From NCBI GenBank assembly GCA_023898605.1, contig CP060230.1, positions 131,944 through 195,943 on the forward strand: DNA of 64,000 bases, given 5' to 3'. Source of the DNA: Candidatus Nomurabacteria bacterium (GTDB lineage Bacteria > Patescibacteriota > Minisyncoccia > Phycocordibacterales > UBA9973). The notes beneath the pieces are model-generated. The model had not been told where the DNA came from, searched no databases, and worked only from the letters and a program-made list of their open reading frames with translations. Of this stretch, positions 27,790-39,448 are shown in pieces; the first letter of the stretch is position 1, and each line of letters begins with the position of its first letter. The translations under genes were made by a program, and so were the position numbers.

Positions 27790-28971
27790 TTATCTATTAT
27801 AGTTTATTAAATAAATTAAACAAATCGCAAGTGAGGCGTCCAAACTTTTCTGCCCATTCATATCAAAAAACTGACTTAGGTATTTAGAATCAAAAGAATT
27901 GATTTTTTTGATTGACGGATTGTTTCCTATAAATGCCGGTTCTTTTTGTATGAGGTTTTTGAATATAGAAAGCATGTCTTTTCTAGCGAATAGATATATA
28001 TTGCTAGGTACGTATCCAGCTATCGCTATGTCGTGGAGTGCTCTTGTGAGATCTTTCTCCCAAGAATCTTCTACTTCTTTTATTTCTGCTAGAAACTTAT
28101 TTTTTTCTTCTTCACTTATTGAACCCTCTTCTATCATTTTGATAGTTTGGAATATTTGTTCATCTTTTCTGTTGTCTGTTCTTAGTTTACTCAAAAAAGC
28201 TTCTCCTCCGATTGGAAATGTTGCAGAAGCACTTATAGAATCATCTGTGACGATAGATATTTCTGTTAGTTCAGCTCCTATGTCACAAGTAAGGTAATTA
28301 TTGTCGTTTTCGTTTATGACACTTATAGCTTTGTAGTTAGAAAAACCAGTACTGTGAAATATCTGATTGTGTCTACCTGTTGCGCTTCGTATAGAGTTGG
28401 TTATTGTGTCGACAATGCTTTTTGGGGATACACTAAAATATAACTTCAAAACTATCGAAGAAACTTCTTTTCCTATTGGGTTTTCTACGTTGTATCCGTT
28501 TGCAAGAATCTTCAGTATTTTTCTTTCTAGAATAATACTTTCTGAGCCAAATTCTTTGTACTTATCTTTGTAGAACTTCTCTACTTTTTCAGCTTCTTGT
28601 TCTATTGTGTTTTGGATTAGTTTTTTTGTAACCAAAAACTTTTTTGGTTTTTCTATTCTTATATCTTTTACTTGTGAGGCGTACCAAGGAGGTGAAAGAA
28701 AGACATGGATATCCTTGACCGAGCTAGAGACAGCCTTGTTCCCGGTGTTTAGTCTTTTGATTGTTTTGTCTAACTCTTCTAGAAATCTTTCAAAACTTAT
28801 ATCGTTTGTTAGACTTATTCTTTCTCTATGAGAATATTCAAATTTTGGTTTTACTGCAGATGAAGTGTCTTCCGGAGTTATACCTACACCCATTGCAACT
28901 GAACCAGACCCAATATCAAAAAAAGTGTACTTATCGAAAGTAACTTCTTTTTTATTCCCCTTCTTTTGCAT
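27790..28971 (-). CDS. Actin-fold ATPase (FtsA/PilM-like superfamily) protein
   Basis: N-terminal FFDIGSGSVAMGV phosphate-1-like motif and later TCDIGAELTEISIV phosphate-2-like motif; 393 aa. Exact family uncertain. Confidence 0.4.
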   Translation of the reverse strand: MQKKGNKKEVTFDKYTFFDIGSGSVAMGVGITPEDTSSAVKPKFEYSHRERISLTNDISFERFLEELDKTIKRLNTGNKAVSSSVKDIHVFLSPPWYASQVKDIRIEKPKKFLVTKKLIQNTIEQEAEKVEKFYKDKYKEFGSESIILERKILKILANGYNVENPIGKEVSSIVLKLYFSVSPKSIVDTITNSIRSATGRHNQIFHSTGFSNYKAISVINENDNNYLTCDIGAELTEISIVTDDSISASATFPIGGEAFLSKLRTDNRKDEQIFQTIKMIEEGSISEEEKNKFLAEIKEVEDSWEKDLTRALHDIAIAGYVPSNIYLFARKDMLSIFKNLIQKEPAFIGNNPSIKKINSFDSKYLSQFFDMNGQKSLDASLAICLIYLINYNR

Positions 28972-29032
28972 AAAACAATTATACCAATCAAAGGCTTGTT
29001 TTTACAAATCAAAATACCCCTTTCGGGGTATT

Positions 29033-29464
29033 TTATCTTTTCCACTTTTTTCCTACTCTGATTCTGTTTAGCTCTTTTTCGATCAATGCTTCAAATCTAG
29101 CGCTATCTACATCTAGAGTGTGAAGAGATTCTTCTTTTATTTGCTTAGCTCTCTCATAGGCCGCCTCAGCTCTTTCTACGTCTATCATGTGTCCAAGTTC
29201 AGATCTTTCTGCAAGTATTATAACCTTACTATCTTCTCTAACCTCTAGAACACCCCTAGAAACAGAAAGACCTACGGGCTCTTTTTCTCCAGTTTTTTTG
29301 ACAATTATTTCTCCAGTTTTTAGTGTGGTTATAAGCGGTATGTGTTTTGGCAGTACTGTTATTTCTCCCGCACCAGTTTTCATATTGATACTCAAAACAT
29401 CGTCACTTTCATAAACAAGTGCTTCAGGACTGATTATTTTTAGTTTTAGAGTATTTTGCGCCAT
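29033..29464 (-). CDS. atpC: ATP synthase F1 epsilon subunit
   Basis: LKLKIISPEALVYESDDV...ITVLPKHIPLIT... epsilon N-terminal beta-sandwich; end of the atp operon. Confidence 0.85.
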   Translation of the reverse strand: MAQNTLKLKIISPEALVYESDDVLSINMKTGAGEITVLPKHIPLITTLKTGEIIVKKTGEKEPVGLSVSRGVLEVREDSKVIILAERSELGHMIDVERAEAAYERAKQIKEESLHTLDVDSARFEALIEKELNRIRVGKKWKR

Positions 29465-29465
29465 T

Positions 29466-30848
<1,383 letters not shown>

Positions 30849-30859
30849 CTAATAAATTT

Positions 30860-31750
30860 CTAACTTGTAATTCCTATTGACCCTCCTATAATTTCCGATA
30901 TTTCTTTGGTTATTCCGGCTTGTCTTTCTCTGTTGTAATAAACCGTAAGTTCTTTGACTATGCCACTTGCACTATCACTCGCGTTTTTCATGGCTGCCAT
31001 TCTCGAAGTGTGTTCTGCGGCGACTGATTCTAGAAATGCGTGATACAGCGCTTGCTCTAGTAATTGTTCGAGGATACTTCCTAGAACTTCTTCGCTGTCT
31101 GGCTCGAAGAGATAGTTTAGGAATTTTTTTGTATCATCTTTTTCTTCTTCACTGCTCAATATATCTCTATAAATTTTTTCTTTTACTGGAAGAACCTGCA
31201 TCAAAAATGGTTTGTATGATGAGATAGACTTGTATTCGGTAAACAAAAGTTTGACCGAACGATACTTTTTAGTAAGAAATTCTTTTGTTATAAGATCTCT
31301 TACTACAGCAAAATCTTCAGCCGTACTTTTTTCATTTAGATCTATAAAACTTCCTAGTATTTCTATACCGTTTCTTCTGGCTGCTTTTTCAGATTGCTTT
31401 CCTATGGTTACAGCTGTTATATCTGCGCCAGAAGATTTTTTGTAGTTAGAAAGTGCTTTGGAAATGTTTACATTATAAGATCCACAAAGTCCCTTGTTTG
31501 AAGATATGACAACCAAAAGGACTTTGTTTGTTCCAGATACATCACTCATAAGAGTATGTCTTACGTTTCTTTCTTTTGATATGTGATGAAGTAGCTCAAG
31601 CGCGTATTTAGAATAAGGCTTACCCAAAACGGCTCTCTCGCTCGCTTTCTTCATTTTGGCAACAGAAATCATCTCCATAGTTTTTGTAACTTTACCTATG
31701 TTTTTTACTGAAGTTATTTTCTGTTTTATTAACCTTATTTGATTAGACAT
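30860..31750 (-). CDS. atpG: ATP synthase F1 gamma subunit
   Basis: Gamma-family N- and C-terminal helices (...ITKEISEIIGG...), in operon position. Confidence 0.85.
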   Translation of the reverse strand: MSNQIRLIKQKITSVKNIGKVTKTMEMISVAKMKKASERAVLGKPYSKYALELLHHISKERNVRHTLMSDVSGTNKVLLVVISSNKGLCGSYNVNISKALSNYKKSSGADITAVTIGKQSEKAARRNGIEILGSFIDLNEKSTAEDFAVVRDLITKEFLTKKYRSVKLLFTEYKSISSYKPFLMQVLPVKEKIYRDILSSEEEKDDTKKFLNYLFEPDSEEVLGSILEQLLEQALYHAFLESVAAEHTSRMAAMKNASDSASGIVKELTVYYNRERQAGITKEISEIIGGSIGITS

Positions 31751-31754
31751 ATTT

Positions 31755-33239
31755 TTATGCTGATATTTTGAACTCTTCTAGAGCTGAAACTAGTTTTTGT
31801 TTTATTTCATCATTCCAGTCTTTTTGTATTTCTTTTAGCAAATCGCTAAACCTATTTTCCATAAAAGAAGATAGTTCAGATTCTTTCTTTTTTACATCTT
31901 CTACTTTTACTTCGTCGAAGTAACCTTCATTCATAGCAAAGATTGATACAACTTGTAGAGGAGTTTTTATCGGAGAATATTCGTTTTGCTTTAGCATTTC
32001 TGTGATTCTTTTTCCTCTTTCTATTGTTTTCTTTGTTTCTGGATCTAGATCAGAATCAAACTGCGCGAAGCTTTCTAGTTCTCGGTATTGTGCCATTGTA
32101 AGCTTGAGTGTACCGGCATTTTTCTTCATAGATTTTATTTGTGCAGATCCTCCAACACGAGAAACAGAAAGTCCTGGGTTTATAGCAGGTCTGACACCTT
32201 TGTAGAATAGGTTTGTTTCTAGAAAGATTTGTCCATCTGTGATTGATATAACGTTTGTTGGAATATATCCAGAAACATCTCCTGCTTGAGTTTCGATTAT
32301 AGGAAGAGCCGTGATTGATCCGCCCCCGTATTTTTCGTCTATTCTACAGGCTCTTTCTAGTAGTCTTGAGTGTAGGTAGAAAACATCTCCAGGGAACGCC
32401 TCTCTTCCTGGTGGTCTTCTAAGAAGTAGAGATATCTCTCTGTAAGCAATAGCATGTTTTGTCAGGTCATCATAGATTATAAGAACGTCTTTTCCTTGTC
32501 CCATAAAATACTCTGCGATAGCAACACCTGTATAAGGAGCGAGGTATAAGTTGGATGGACTTTCTCCAGCTGAAGCAGATACAACAACTGTGTAATCAAG
32601 AGCACCTCTTTCTTCTAGGTCGGCAACTATTTTTGAAACTTTTGAGTTTTTCTGTCCTATGGATACGTAGATACAGATAACATCTTGTCCTTTTTGGTTG
32701 ATTATAGTGTCTAGAGCAATTGTTGTTTTACCAGTTTGTCTATCACCGATTATAAGTTCTCTTTGACCTCTTCCTACTGGGATCATGGAATCTATAGCCT
32801 TGATACCAGTTGAGAGTGGTTGGTCTACCGGCTTTCTCTCTATAACACCAGGAGCAATTCTTTCGATAAGAACTTCTTTAGTTCTTTGTATACTTCCCTT
32901 GCCGTCTATTTCTTCTCCGAGAGCGTTTAGAACTCTACCCAAAACGCCATCTCCAACACTTAGAGAAAGTATTTTTCCTGTTCTTTTTGCTCTGTTTCCT
33001 TCTTTGATTCCATTGCCTTCACCTAGGATAATCGCACCTATGTAGTCTTCTTCTAGGTTTAGAGCTATACCTTTTTCTCCAGATTCAAACTCTATGATTT
33101 CTGATGCCATACAGTCTGGAAGTCCAGATATCTTTGCGATTCCATCTCGCACACTAACAACTTCGCCAAACTCGTTCTCAGAAATTTGAGGTTCGAAGTT
33201 TTCTATTTTTTGTTTTATTTTGTTTATAAATGTATCCAT
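31755..33239 (-). CDS. atpA: ATP synthase F1 alpha subunit
   Basis: GDRQTGKT Walker A; 494 aa. Confidence 0.97.
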   Translation of the reverse strand: MDTFINKIKQKIENFEPQISENEFGEVVSVRDGIAKISGLPDCMASEIIEFESGEKGIALNLEEDYIGAIILGEGNGIKEGNRAKRTGKILSLSVGDGVLGRVLNALGEEIDGKGSIQRTKEVLIERIAPGVIERKPVDQPLSTGIKAIDSMIPVGRGQRELIIGDRQTGKTTIALDTIINQKGQDVICIYVSIGQKNSKVSKIVADLEERGALDYTVVVSASAGESPSNLYLAPYTGVAIAEYFMGQGKDVLIIYDDLTKHAIAYREISLLLRRPPGREAFPGDVFYLHSRLLERACRIDEKYGGGSITALPIIETQAGDVSGYIPTNVISITDGQIFLETNLFYKGVRPAINPGLSVSRVGGSAQIKSMKKNAGTLKLTMAQYRELESFAQFDSDLDPETKKTIERGKRITEMLKQNEYSPIKTPLQVVSIFAMNEGYFDEVKVEDVKKKESELSSFMENRFSDLLKEIQKDWNDEIKQKLVSALEEFKISA

Positions 33240-33241
33240 AA

Positions 33242-33622
33242 TTATACTCTCAGAATTTCCTCTTCTAATTTTCTAATATTTGTTTTTATACTTGCGTCGT
33301 ACAATTTACCTTTGTTTTCTAGTATGAATCCTCCTATGAGTTCGTTTTCTTCTATTATTTCAGTCTCTTTTGGATCGATATCATACTTTTGTAGAATCTT
33401 TTTTATAGTCTCGTCTCCAAACTTGTGCGAGGTGTATAGTTTTATTTTGTTTTTCTTTTTTTCTTTTTCATCTATCTTGTATATTTCTTCTAGTACCTTT
33501 GGGATTATTTTGAATAGATTATTTTTCTTCAAAACAGAAAAAAGCTTGTCCAAAAAATTATCGAAGTCTTTCGAATCTCTTTCTTTGTATATATAAGATG
33601 CGAGTTTTTTTGAACTTATCAT
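33242..33622 (-). CDS. atpH: ATP synthase F1 delta subunit (short, 126 aa)
   Basis: Operon position between atpF and atpA; C-terminal ...[26 protein letters not shown] resembles delta/OSCP C-terminus. Shorter than typical (~180 aa). Confidence 0.55.
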   Translation of the reverse strand: MISSKKLASYIYKERDSKDFDNFLDKLFSVLKKNNLFKIIPKVLEEIYKIDEKEKKKNKIKLYTSHKFGDETIKKILQKYDIDPKETEIIEENELIGGFILENKGKLYDASIKTNIRKLEEEILRV

Positions 33623-33627
33623 GATAT

Positions 33628-34122
33628 TTATATCTTTTTGAGCATTTCTTCTGTATATTTTTCAGCCTTTTCTTGACTAACTTCTACACTCGAAACACTT
33701 TCTATACCTCCCACCAGGGTTTCCAAGAAGTTTTTCTTGAGCTCACCAAGTACTTTTTCTTTTTCTTGCTTGATAGACTCTTTTCCTTCTTCTATTATTT
33801 TTTCTCTACTTTTTTCTCCTTCTATCTTGTTTTTTGCTACGATTTCTTCGCCTCTTGTTTCGGCACTCTTAAGTATCTCACCAACTTTTTGGTTTGCTTC
33901 TTTTAGTATTGCTGACTTTTCGTTCTCTGCTTCAAGCATAAGAGACTTACTTTTTTCAGCGTCTTCTAGACCTTCTTCTATCTTTTGTTTTCTTTCATCT
34001 ATCACAGATGTGATTTTTTTGAGAAAGAATCTTTTTATAAGATAGAAAACTATCAAGAAGTTTATGAGGTTTGCTAGGGCTACCTGCCAGTCAAAACCTA
34101 TTTTTTGAAGAATATCAAGCAT
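33628..34122 (-). CDS. atpF: ATP synthase Fo subunit b
   Basis: Single N-terminal TM then a long charged coiled-coil (E/K-rich), in operon position. Confidence 0.7.
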   Translation of the reverse strand: MLDILQKIGFDWQVALANLINFLIVFYLIKRFFLKKITSVIDERKQKIEEGLEDAEKSKSLMLEAENEKSAILKEANQKVGEILKSAETRGEEIVAKNKIEGEKSREKIIEEGKESIKQEKEKVLGELKKNFLETLVGGIESVSSVEVSQEKAEKYTEEMLKKI

Positions 34123-34140
34123 AACTTTTTATTTTGTTTC

Positions 34141-34365
34141 TTATAGCAAGAAGAATACAACCATAGCGTAAATAGCTGTAGACTCAGCTAGCGCAACACC
34201 GATGATCATCTTTGAGAAGATAGAACCTGTTTGTTCAGGGTTTCTTCCGATAGCTTCTAGTGCTTTACCAATAAGGTAACCTTCACCGATAGCAGAACCG
34301 AACATAGAAAGAGTTGCCATACCCTTGGCGATAACTCTTGCTGTTTCAAAATCCATGTTTTCCAT
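34141..34365 (-). CDS. atpE: ATP synthase Fo subunit c
   Basis: 74-aa two-helix proteolipid with GRNPE loop and conserved carboxylate helix (ALAESTAIY). Confidence 0.85.
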   Translation of the reverse strand: MENMDFETARVIAKGMATLSMFGSAIGEGYLIGKALEAIGRNPEQTGSIFSKMIIGVALAESTAIYAMVVFFLL

Positions 34366-34400
34366 ATATTTTTTATATTAAAATTAATAATTCTTATAAT

Positions 34401-35186
34401 TTAACTCTGCGACTCGTCTTCTTTGACTGACAACATATAGTATGCCGTCACCAAAGATCCGAAAACCAGAGCTTGTATTACTCCTACGAGCAGGTTCATC
34501 GAGAGCCATACACTAGGTAGTACGTACGCAAGAGAGCCCACGATAATTATCATGAGCACCTCTCCCGCATACATATTTCCAAACAAACGAAGTGAAAGCG
34601 AAAAAACCTTTGCAAGTTCTCCTACTATATCTAGTAGTCCTATAAAGAAGTCTATAAGCGCCATCATTCCGCTTTTTATTCCACCTTTGAAACCCTTTAC
34701 AAGGTCACTTATTTTAACGAACTTATTTATATGTCCCCATAGACCCCACTCTTTTATACTTACAAACTGCAGAACTAGAACTGATCCAAACGCCAAAACA
34801 AAAGTCGTATTGAAATCTGCTGTTGGGGTTCTAAATATAGATAGTCCATCGTAAGTGATACTTGTAAGACCTGGTATAAGTCCTATAAGATTAGAAATAC
34901 CAACAAAAACTAAAATAGAAAAAACAATAGCAAAAACTTTTTTAGATCTTTCTTTGTTTCCTGTTATTTGATCGATAAGATCTATAACTCCTTCGTATAG
35001 CATCTCTACTCCTACTTGGATACTTGTCGGCTTTGTTTTGAATTTCTTCATGACTGTTTTATAAAAAACAATCATTAGAATTATCATAAAGACTATAAAA
35101 AGAGTTGAGTTAGCTACTCTGAAACCACTTATTTCAAAAATAGTTTCTGGACCTATCGGCGATATCTCTCTCTCAATTCCAAGCAT
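34401..35186 (-). CDS. atpB: ATP synthase Fo subunit a
   Basis: LSLRLFGNMYAGEVLM motif with the essential Arg; polytopic. Confidence 0.85.
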   Translation of the reverse strand: MLGIEREISPIGPETIFEISGFRVANSTLFIVFMIILMIVFYKTVMKKFKTKPTSIQVGVEMLYEGVIDLIDQITGNKERSKKVFAIVFSILVFVGISNLIGLIPGLTSITYDGLSIFRTPTADFNTTFVLAFGSVLVLQFVSIKEWGLWGHINKFVKISDLVKGFKGGIKSGMMALIDFFIGLLDIVGELAKVFSLSLRLFGNMYAGEVLMIIIVGSLAYVLPSVWLSMNLLVGVIQALVFGSLVTAYYMLSVKEDESQS

Positions 35187-35191
35187 AAAAA

Positions 35192-35542
35192 TTATTTACT
35201 ATTAGATATTTCTGACTCAACTTTTTCTAACTCCCTAGAAAGCCTTTTGTATTCCATGTAGACCATAAACCAAGAAGAAACAAAAGCAATAAAAAGAACT
35301 ATTATTTTCATCCAAGGACTTGTCCCTAGATATTCGTCTAGTTCTCGGCCTATTATTGCTCCAAGAACTGCTGGTATGCCAAATATAAGGGCTATCTTGA
35401 GCCCTAGTAAAAATATTTTGTTAGTTATTTTATCTCTCCTTTTCTTGAGATCTTGGATGTTTTCTTCGTTCATATAAAAAGGCAAAGAGACCCCTCTCTG
35501 GAATCTCGCCACTATTGTACTTGAAAGGAATATTTTTGGCAA
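35192..35542 (-). CDS. AtpZ/AtpI-like small membrane protein (ATP synthase protein I family)
   Basis: Two-TM small protein directly upstream of atpB; possible shorter start at the internal Met (MNEENIQ..., 35473). Confidence 0.45.
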   Translation of the reverse strand: MPKIFLSSTIVARFQRGVSLPFYMNEENIQDLKKRRDKITNKIFLLGLKIALIFGIPAVLGAIIGRELDEYLGTSPWMKIIVLFIAFVSSWFMVYMEYKRLSRELEKVESEISNSK

Positions 35543-35665
35543 ATAAAAAACCGCCTATTTATACGGTCTTTTTTGCTTTTTTATTATCTTTTTGAAATCT
35601 CTGGAAAGAACATGCTTTGTGCTTTTTTCTCATCCTGACACACATAATAAATCTTGTAAATAAAA

Positions 35666-35690
35666 ACCCCCGCGAACGCGAGGGTTTTTT
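35666..35690. terminator. Terminator hairpin aaaaaCCCCCGCGaaCGCGAGGGtttttt
   Basis: GC stem with A-run and T-run, immediately after the ABC transporter stop (35695). Confidence 0.65.
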
Positions 35691-35694
35691 GGGG

Positions 35695-37497
35695 TCAAAC
35701 AATTTCAGGATTTGTTTGGAGTTGCCACATCCTACTGTAAGTTTCAGATTGTTCTAGTAGTGTATCGTGATCGCCGCTTTCAACAACGCTTCCGTTATCC
35801 ATAAGAACAATTTCATCTAAAACCGCTACAGTAGAAAGTCTGTGTGCAACAACAATCATTGTTTTACCCATAAAACAACTAGTTATGGCATCCTGGATGT
35901 ACTTTTCTGTTTCTGCATCAAGTGCAGAAGTTGGTTCATCCATTATTACAACAGGCGCATCTTTTAGTATTGCACACGCTATTGCCAATCTTTGCCTTTC
36001 TCCTCCAGAAAGCTTGATGCCACGTTCTCCGACAATGGTTTCGAAACCTTTTGGAAGTTTTTCCCAGATAAAGTTACAAGACGCTTTTTCTGCAGCTTCC
36101 TGTAGTTCTTCGTCCGTTGCACTTAGCTTTCCCATTTTGAGTATTCTCTTTATGGTCCAAGATGGAAAATGTGGATCTTGAGGAACATAAGAAATCCAGC
36201 TTCTGATTCTGTTCTTTTCTATAGAACTTATATCTTGACCGGATATACTTATACTGCCTTGACTCTTTTCGTAAAGCCGGAGGATTAATTTTACAAGAGT
36301 GGATTTGCCACTGCCTGTATGACCTACCAGCCCATAACGTCTTCCCTCCTGAAAAACAAAAGAGAATTGATGCAAGGCCTTTCCTCCTCCCGGATAAGAA
36401 AAATCAACATCTTGGCAAGAAACAGAAAATCTTCTCGAGATTTCGTTTTGAAGAATAGAAGTATTTTCAACTTCTTCTTCATCCAAAAGTAGAGAGAGTT
36501 CGTATGCATCTGCCATAGAAATTCTAATCCTGTTTAGACTTCTACCAAGCGAATACATATAATTTGCCAAAGATGCAATAAATGATTGAACTAGTGCTAT
36601 GGTTCCGATTGTTTCGATGCCACCAGATACTCTAGTCAAAACACTCATCATTACAAAGATTTCTAAAAAAACCACAAGTGCTGATTGGATTGCCCACTGG
36701 AAATTACTAACTCGCCACGAAAGAAGTCTTTTTTCATGTTCATCTTTGGTAAGATTTTTGAAGTCTACCAAGACATTTCCAACGATGCTAAATGCTCTCA
36801 ATGTAAAAACTGAAAGGAATATATCTGATATACTCCCAGTCGTTACAGAGTCAGCAGTTGACTCCGAAAGATCATATTTTAGTCTAAACTTCAAAATAAG
36901 TACTGTTACAACGACAAATACTAAAACCCAAGATGAAACAAAGATTCCTAAATATGGAAGTTTGATCCATATGTAAGTGGCAAGTCCTATAACAAACAAG
37001 CATGCTCGTAAAATAACGAAAACAAACTCATCTATTACCGCTTCTGAGTTATGGGAGAATCTTTTTGACTTGGCGACTAGTTTTCCGGAAGAATTACTAG
37101 TAAAAAAATCAGATGATTTTCCTAATAATTTTTCCATCGCGTAGTCACGAAGACCTTTGATGATATTAGATTCACTTTTGGTCAAAAAGTAGTCTCCTGA
37201 CCTATTGAGAATCCATCCCAAAACTAAGGCATAAATAATAAATGAAAAGTGCATCCAGATTTTTGGATCTGGCGCACTGTCAAAAATTATTTTCCACTGC
37301 ATAGGTCGAAAGAATAATTCGATAGATACAGCAGAAAGATACAAACAGATTGTCACTACTAGGGCCAATCTGTTTTGGAAGAAGGTGTTTTTCCAGTGTT
37401 TCCAAACATTGGTAAAAACTTTGGCTTTTTCTTGTTTTTCCATAAGTAATTGTTTTGATTTATATTTAGTTTTTAAGGTTCTTTTTTCGCTAAACAA
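35695..37497 (-). CDS. ABC transporter, fused permease/ATP-binding protein (exporter type)
   Basis: Six-TM N-terminal domain; Walker A GHTGSGKST, ABC signature LSGGERQR, Walker B VIMDEPTSALD. Confidence 0.9.
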   Translation of the reverse strand: MFSEKRTLKTKYKSKQLLMEKQEKAKVFTNVWKHWKNTFFQNRLALVVTICLYLSAVSIELFFRPMQWKIIFDSAPDPKIWMHFSFIIYALVLGWILNRSGDYFLTKSESNIIKGLRDYAMEKLLGKSSDFFTSNSSGKLVAKSKRFSHNSEAVIDEFVFVILRACLFVIGLATYIWIKLPYLGIFVSSWVLVFVVVTVLILKFRLKYDLSESTADSVTTGSISDIFLSVFTLRAFSIVGNVLVDFKNLTKDEHEKRLLSWRVSNFQWAIQSALVVFLEIFVMMSVLTRVSGGIETIGTIALVQSFIASLANYMYSLGRSLNRIRISMADAYELSLLLDEEEVENTSILQNEISRRFSVSCQDVDFSYPGGGKALHQFSFVFQEGRRYGLVGHTGSGKSTLVKLILRLYEKSQGSISISGQDISSIEKNRIRSWISYVPQDPHFPSWTIKRILKMGKLSATDEELQEAAEKASCNFIWEKLPKGFETIVGERGIKLSGGERQRLAIACAILKDAPVVIMDEPTSALDAETEKYIQDAITSCFMGKTMIVVAHRLSTVAVLDEIVLMDNGSVVESGDHDTLLEQSETYSRMWQLQTNPEIV

Positions 37498-37529
37498 AAG
37501 TCCTAGCTTTGTGTTCAGCTAGGACTTTT
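37496..37529. terminator. Terminator hairpin aaaagtcctagct-ttgtgttc-agctaggactttt
   Basis: Perfect 13-bp stem. Confidence 0.65.
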
Positions 37530-37753
37530 CAAACGATTTAAATTAGGAGTTTAAAAATTCTTCAGCTTAACACAATAAGGAAGCTTTACTTCTTTTGTAG
37601 AGACAAAAACCAGGCATGAAATTCCCCAGTGATTTGTTCTATTTACTTTTGTGTTATCTGAATTCATAACTCTAAAATAATAGCATTATTGCAAGAAAAG
37701 TCAATACGAAAAAACCCCCGCAGTATTTTACGAGGATTTTTGTAGTTTTCTAT

Positions 37754-38158
37754 TTATTCAGTGGTTACTCCGTCAAACTCAGCTTCGTTTGCCATTGCTT
37801 CTTCCCTGGTAATCCTCTCTATGCCGTCTTTGTGATGAGCTGGAGAATATATGGTGTATAGTTTTAGATCGACAGATCCTGTGTTTACAACATTGTGCTC
37901 CGCGCCAGATGGCACTATTATTGCATCTCCGTCCTCTACATCATATTCATTGCCGTCTATTAGAACCTTTCCGGTTCCCGCTTCGAATCTGAAGAATTGA
38001 TCGTTTTCTTCGTGAACTTCCATACCGATCTCTTCTCCAGGCTTTAGACTCATGAGTACGAGTTGTGAATGCTTGCCGGTGTATAGCACCTTTCTAAAGC
38101 TAGAGTTATCTTCTGTTAGATTTTCTATTTTTCCAAAATATCCTTTCATATGATTCAA
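37754..38158 (-). CDS. Cupin-domain protein
   Basis: 134 aa; ...GMEVHEENDQFFRFEAGTGKVLIDGNEYDVEDGDAIIVPSGAEHNV... is a cupin_2 two-motif pattern. Confidence 0.7.
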   Translation of the reverse strand: MNHMKGYFGKIENLTEDNSSFRKVLYTGKHSQLVLMSLKPGEEIGMEVHEENDQFFRFEAGTGKVLIDGNEYDVEDGDAIIVPSGAEHNVVNTGSVDLKLYTIYSPAHHKDGIERITREEAMANEAEFDGVTTE

Positions 38159-38251
38159 TTATAACATACGAGTTTACACAAAAACAAACTAAATCTTGAC
38201 CAGAGAATAAGTATGTTGTACAATCTTTCCCAAAACTAAAACCCTCGAACT

Positions 38252-38512
38252 ATGTTCTTTATTGACATCACAAATGAGACTCTCTGGGAGAAGATCAAAA
38301 GGATCACCAAAGAAGTCTTTCCTTTTTCCGGAGAAGACATTCTCATAACCGAAGAAAGAGAAGGCCACCTCGGCTTCAGTCTTTCTATGGCTATAGAGCC
38401 AGAAAAAGAACGCTGGCGTAATTGTATCTACCACATCACAGAAAGTGGTGAGATAATTATGGAAGAAAAGGAAGGCAAAATGGAAAAAGTCCAGGTTAGC
38501 TTCTGCTACTGA
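38252..38512 (+). CDS. Hypothetical 86-aa protein
   Basis: Plus-strand ORF followed by its own intrinsic terminator (38519-38549: taccaccc-tttgc-gggtggta + T-run). Confidence 0.4.
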   Translation: MFFIDITNETLWEKIKRITKEVFPFSGEDILITEEREGHLGFSLSMAIEPEKERWRNCIYHITESGEIIMEEKEGKMEKVQVSFCY

Positions 38513-38549
38513 AAAAACATACCACCCTTTGCGGGTGGTATTTTATTTT

Positions 38550-38981
38550 CTACAAACTACAAACTTGTGCACATCGGAGAGTGCATATCTCGGCATCTGG
38601 ATCATTCCTACAATCACTAGCGCATTCATCAAATACTCCACCTATTTCTGTACATATTTCTTGCGACACACCCAAGCATTCACTAAACTCTTCATCCCAG
38701 GCACCGCCCGCGTTTTGACAAGACTCACCTTTCCCACTTTCTGGTATATCATCTCCTACTATTTCTTCTTTTTCTATAGGACAGGCTGCAAACTCACAGT
38801 TTGGTCCGACTCTACCGACGGCAGTCCCGTCTGGACAAATCTTTGCCTCAAGAGTACAAGAAACTTCTTCTGGTTCTGGCGCAAAAACTCTAGGTTTGCC
38901 TATATTGAAAGCGGCCATGATTACACCTATAAGAACTAGAAGTAGTATAACTATAAATATTTGTAAAATTGTATTTTTCAT
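38550..38981 (-). CDS. Cysteine-rich secreted/membrane-anchored small protein (14 Cys in 143 aa)
   Basis: N-terminal TM/signal (ILQIFIVILLLVLIGVIMAAF), then an acidic Cys-rich region (CxxGxxxGxxGPNC, CPxxxE, CxNAGG, ECLG...C...C...C). GC higher than flanks. Confidence 0.5.
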   Translation of the reverse strand: MKNTILQIFIVILLLVLIGVIMAAFNIGKPRVFAPEPEEVSCTLEAKICPDGTAVGRVGPNCEFAACPIEKEEIVGDDIPESGKGESCQNAGGAWDEEFSECLGVSQEICTEIGGVFDECASDCRNDPDAEICTLRCAQVCSL

Positions 38982-38985
38982 ATTT

Positions 38986-39381
38986 TTATTTATTCAAAAT
39001 AGTAATCGACACTTGTAATACTGTTGCAAAAGAAACCCAGAGTAGATAAGGAATGTTCATATACGTAACCCACTTGACATAAGGATATACAGCTACCAAC
39101 GCCCAAATCAAAGTTATAAGAACTAGAAATATATCTATCATCGCAAGAGTATTGTTTTGGAGGCGAAATTGTATAGGACTAAACGCGAAGTTGAAGACAA
39201 GATTCAGTATAAATGGCAGAACTACAACAAGCGGTATTTTTTTCTCAAAAAACATAAAAAATACTTTTGTAAAAGAAATAGCGATAAGTATATAAAGAAC
39301 TGACCACACAGGTCCAAACAAATAACTTGGCGGTGCCCAAGACGGCTTTACTAGAGTTTGATACCAATCAAATGTTTTCAT
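38986..39381 (-). CDS. TspO/MBR family (tryptophan-rich sensory protein)
   Basis: WYQTLVKPSWAPPSYLFGPVWSVLYILIAISF... is the canonical TspO N-terminal motif; 5 TM, 131 aa. Confidence 0.7.
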   Translation of the reverse strand: MKTFDWYQTLVKPSWAPPSYLFGPVWSVLYILIAISFTKVFFMFFEKKIPLVVVLPFILNLVFNFAFSPIQFRLQNNTLAMIDIFLVLITLIWALVAVYPYVKWVTYMNIPYLLWVSFATVLQVSITILNK

Positions 39382-39448
39382 GTATATATTTTACCAAAAT
39401 AAAAACACGCACCCAAACGGGCACGTGTGCAGACTTTTTAGAAAACGA

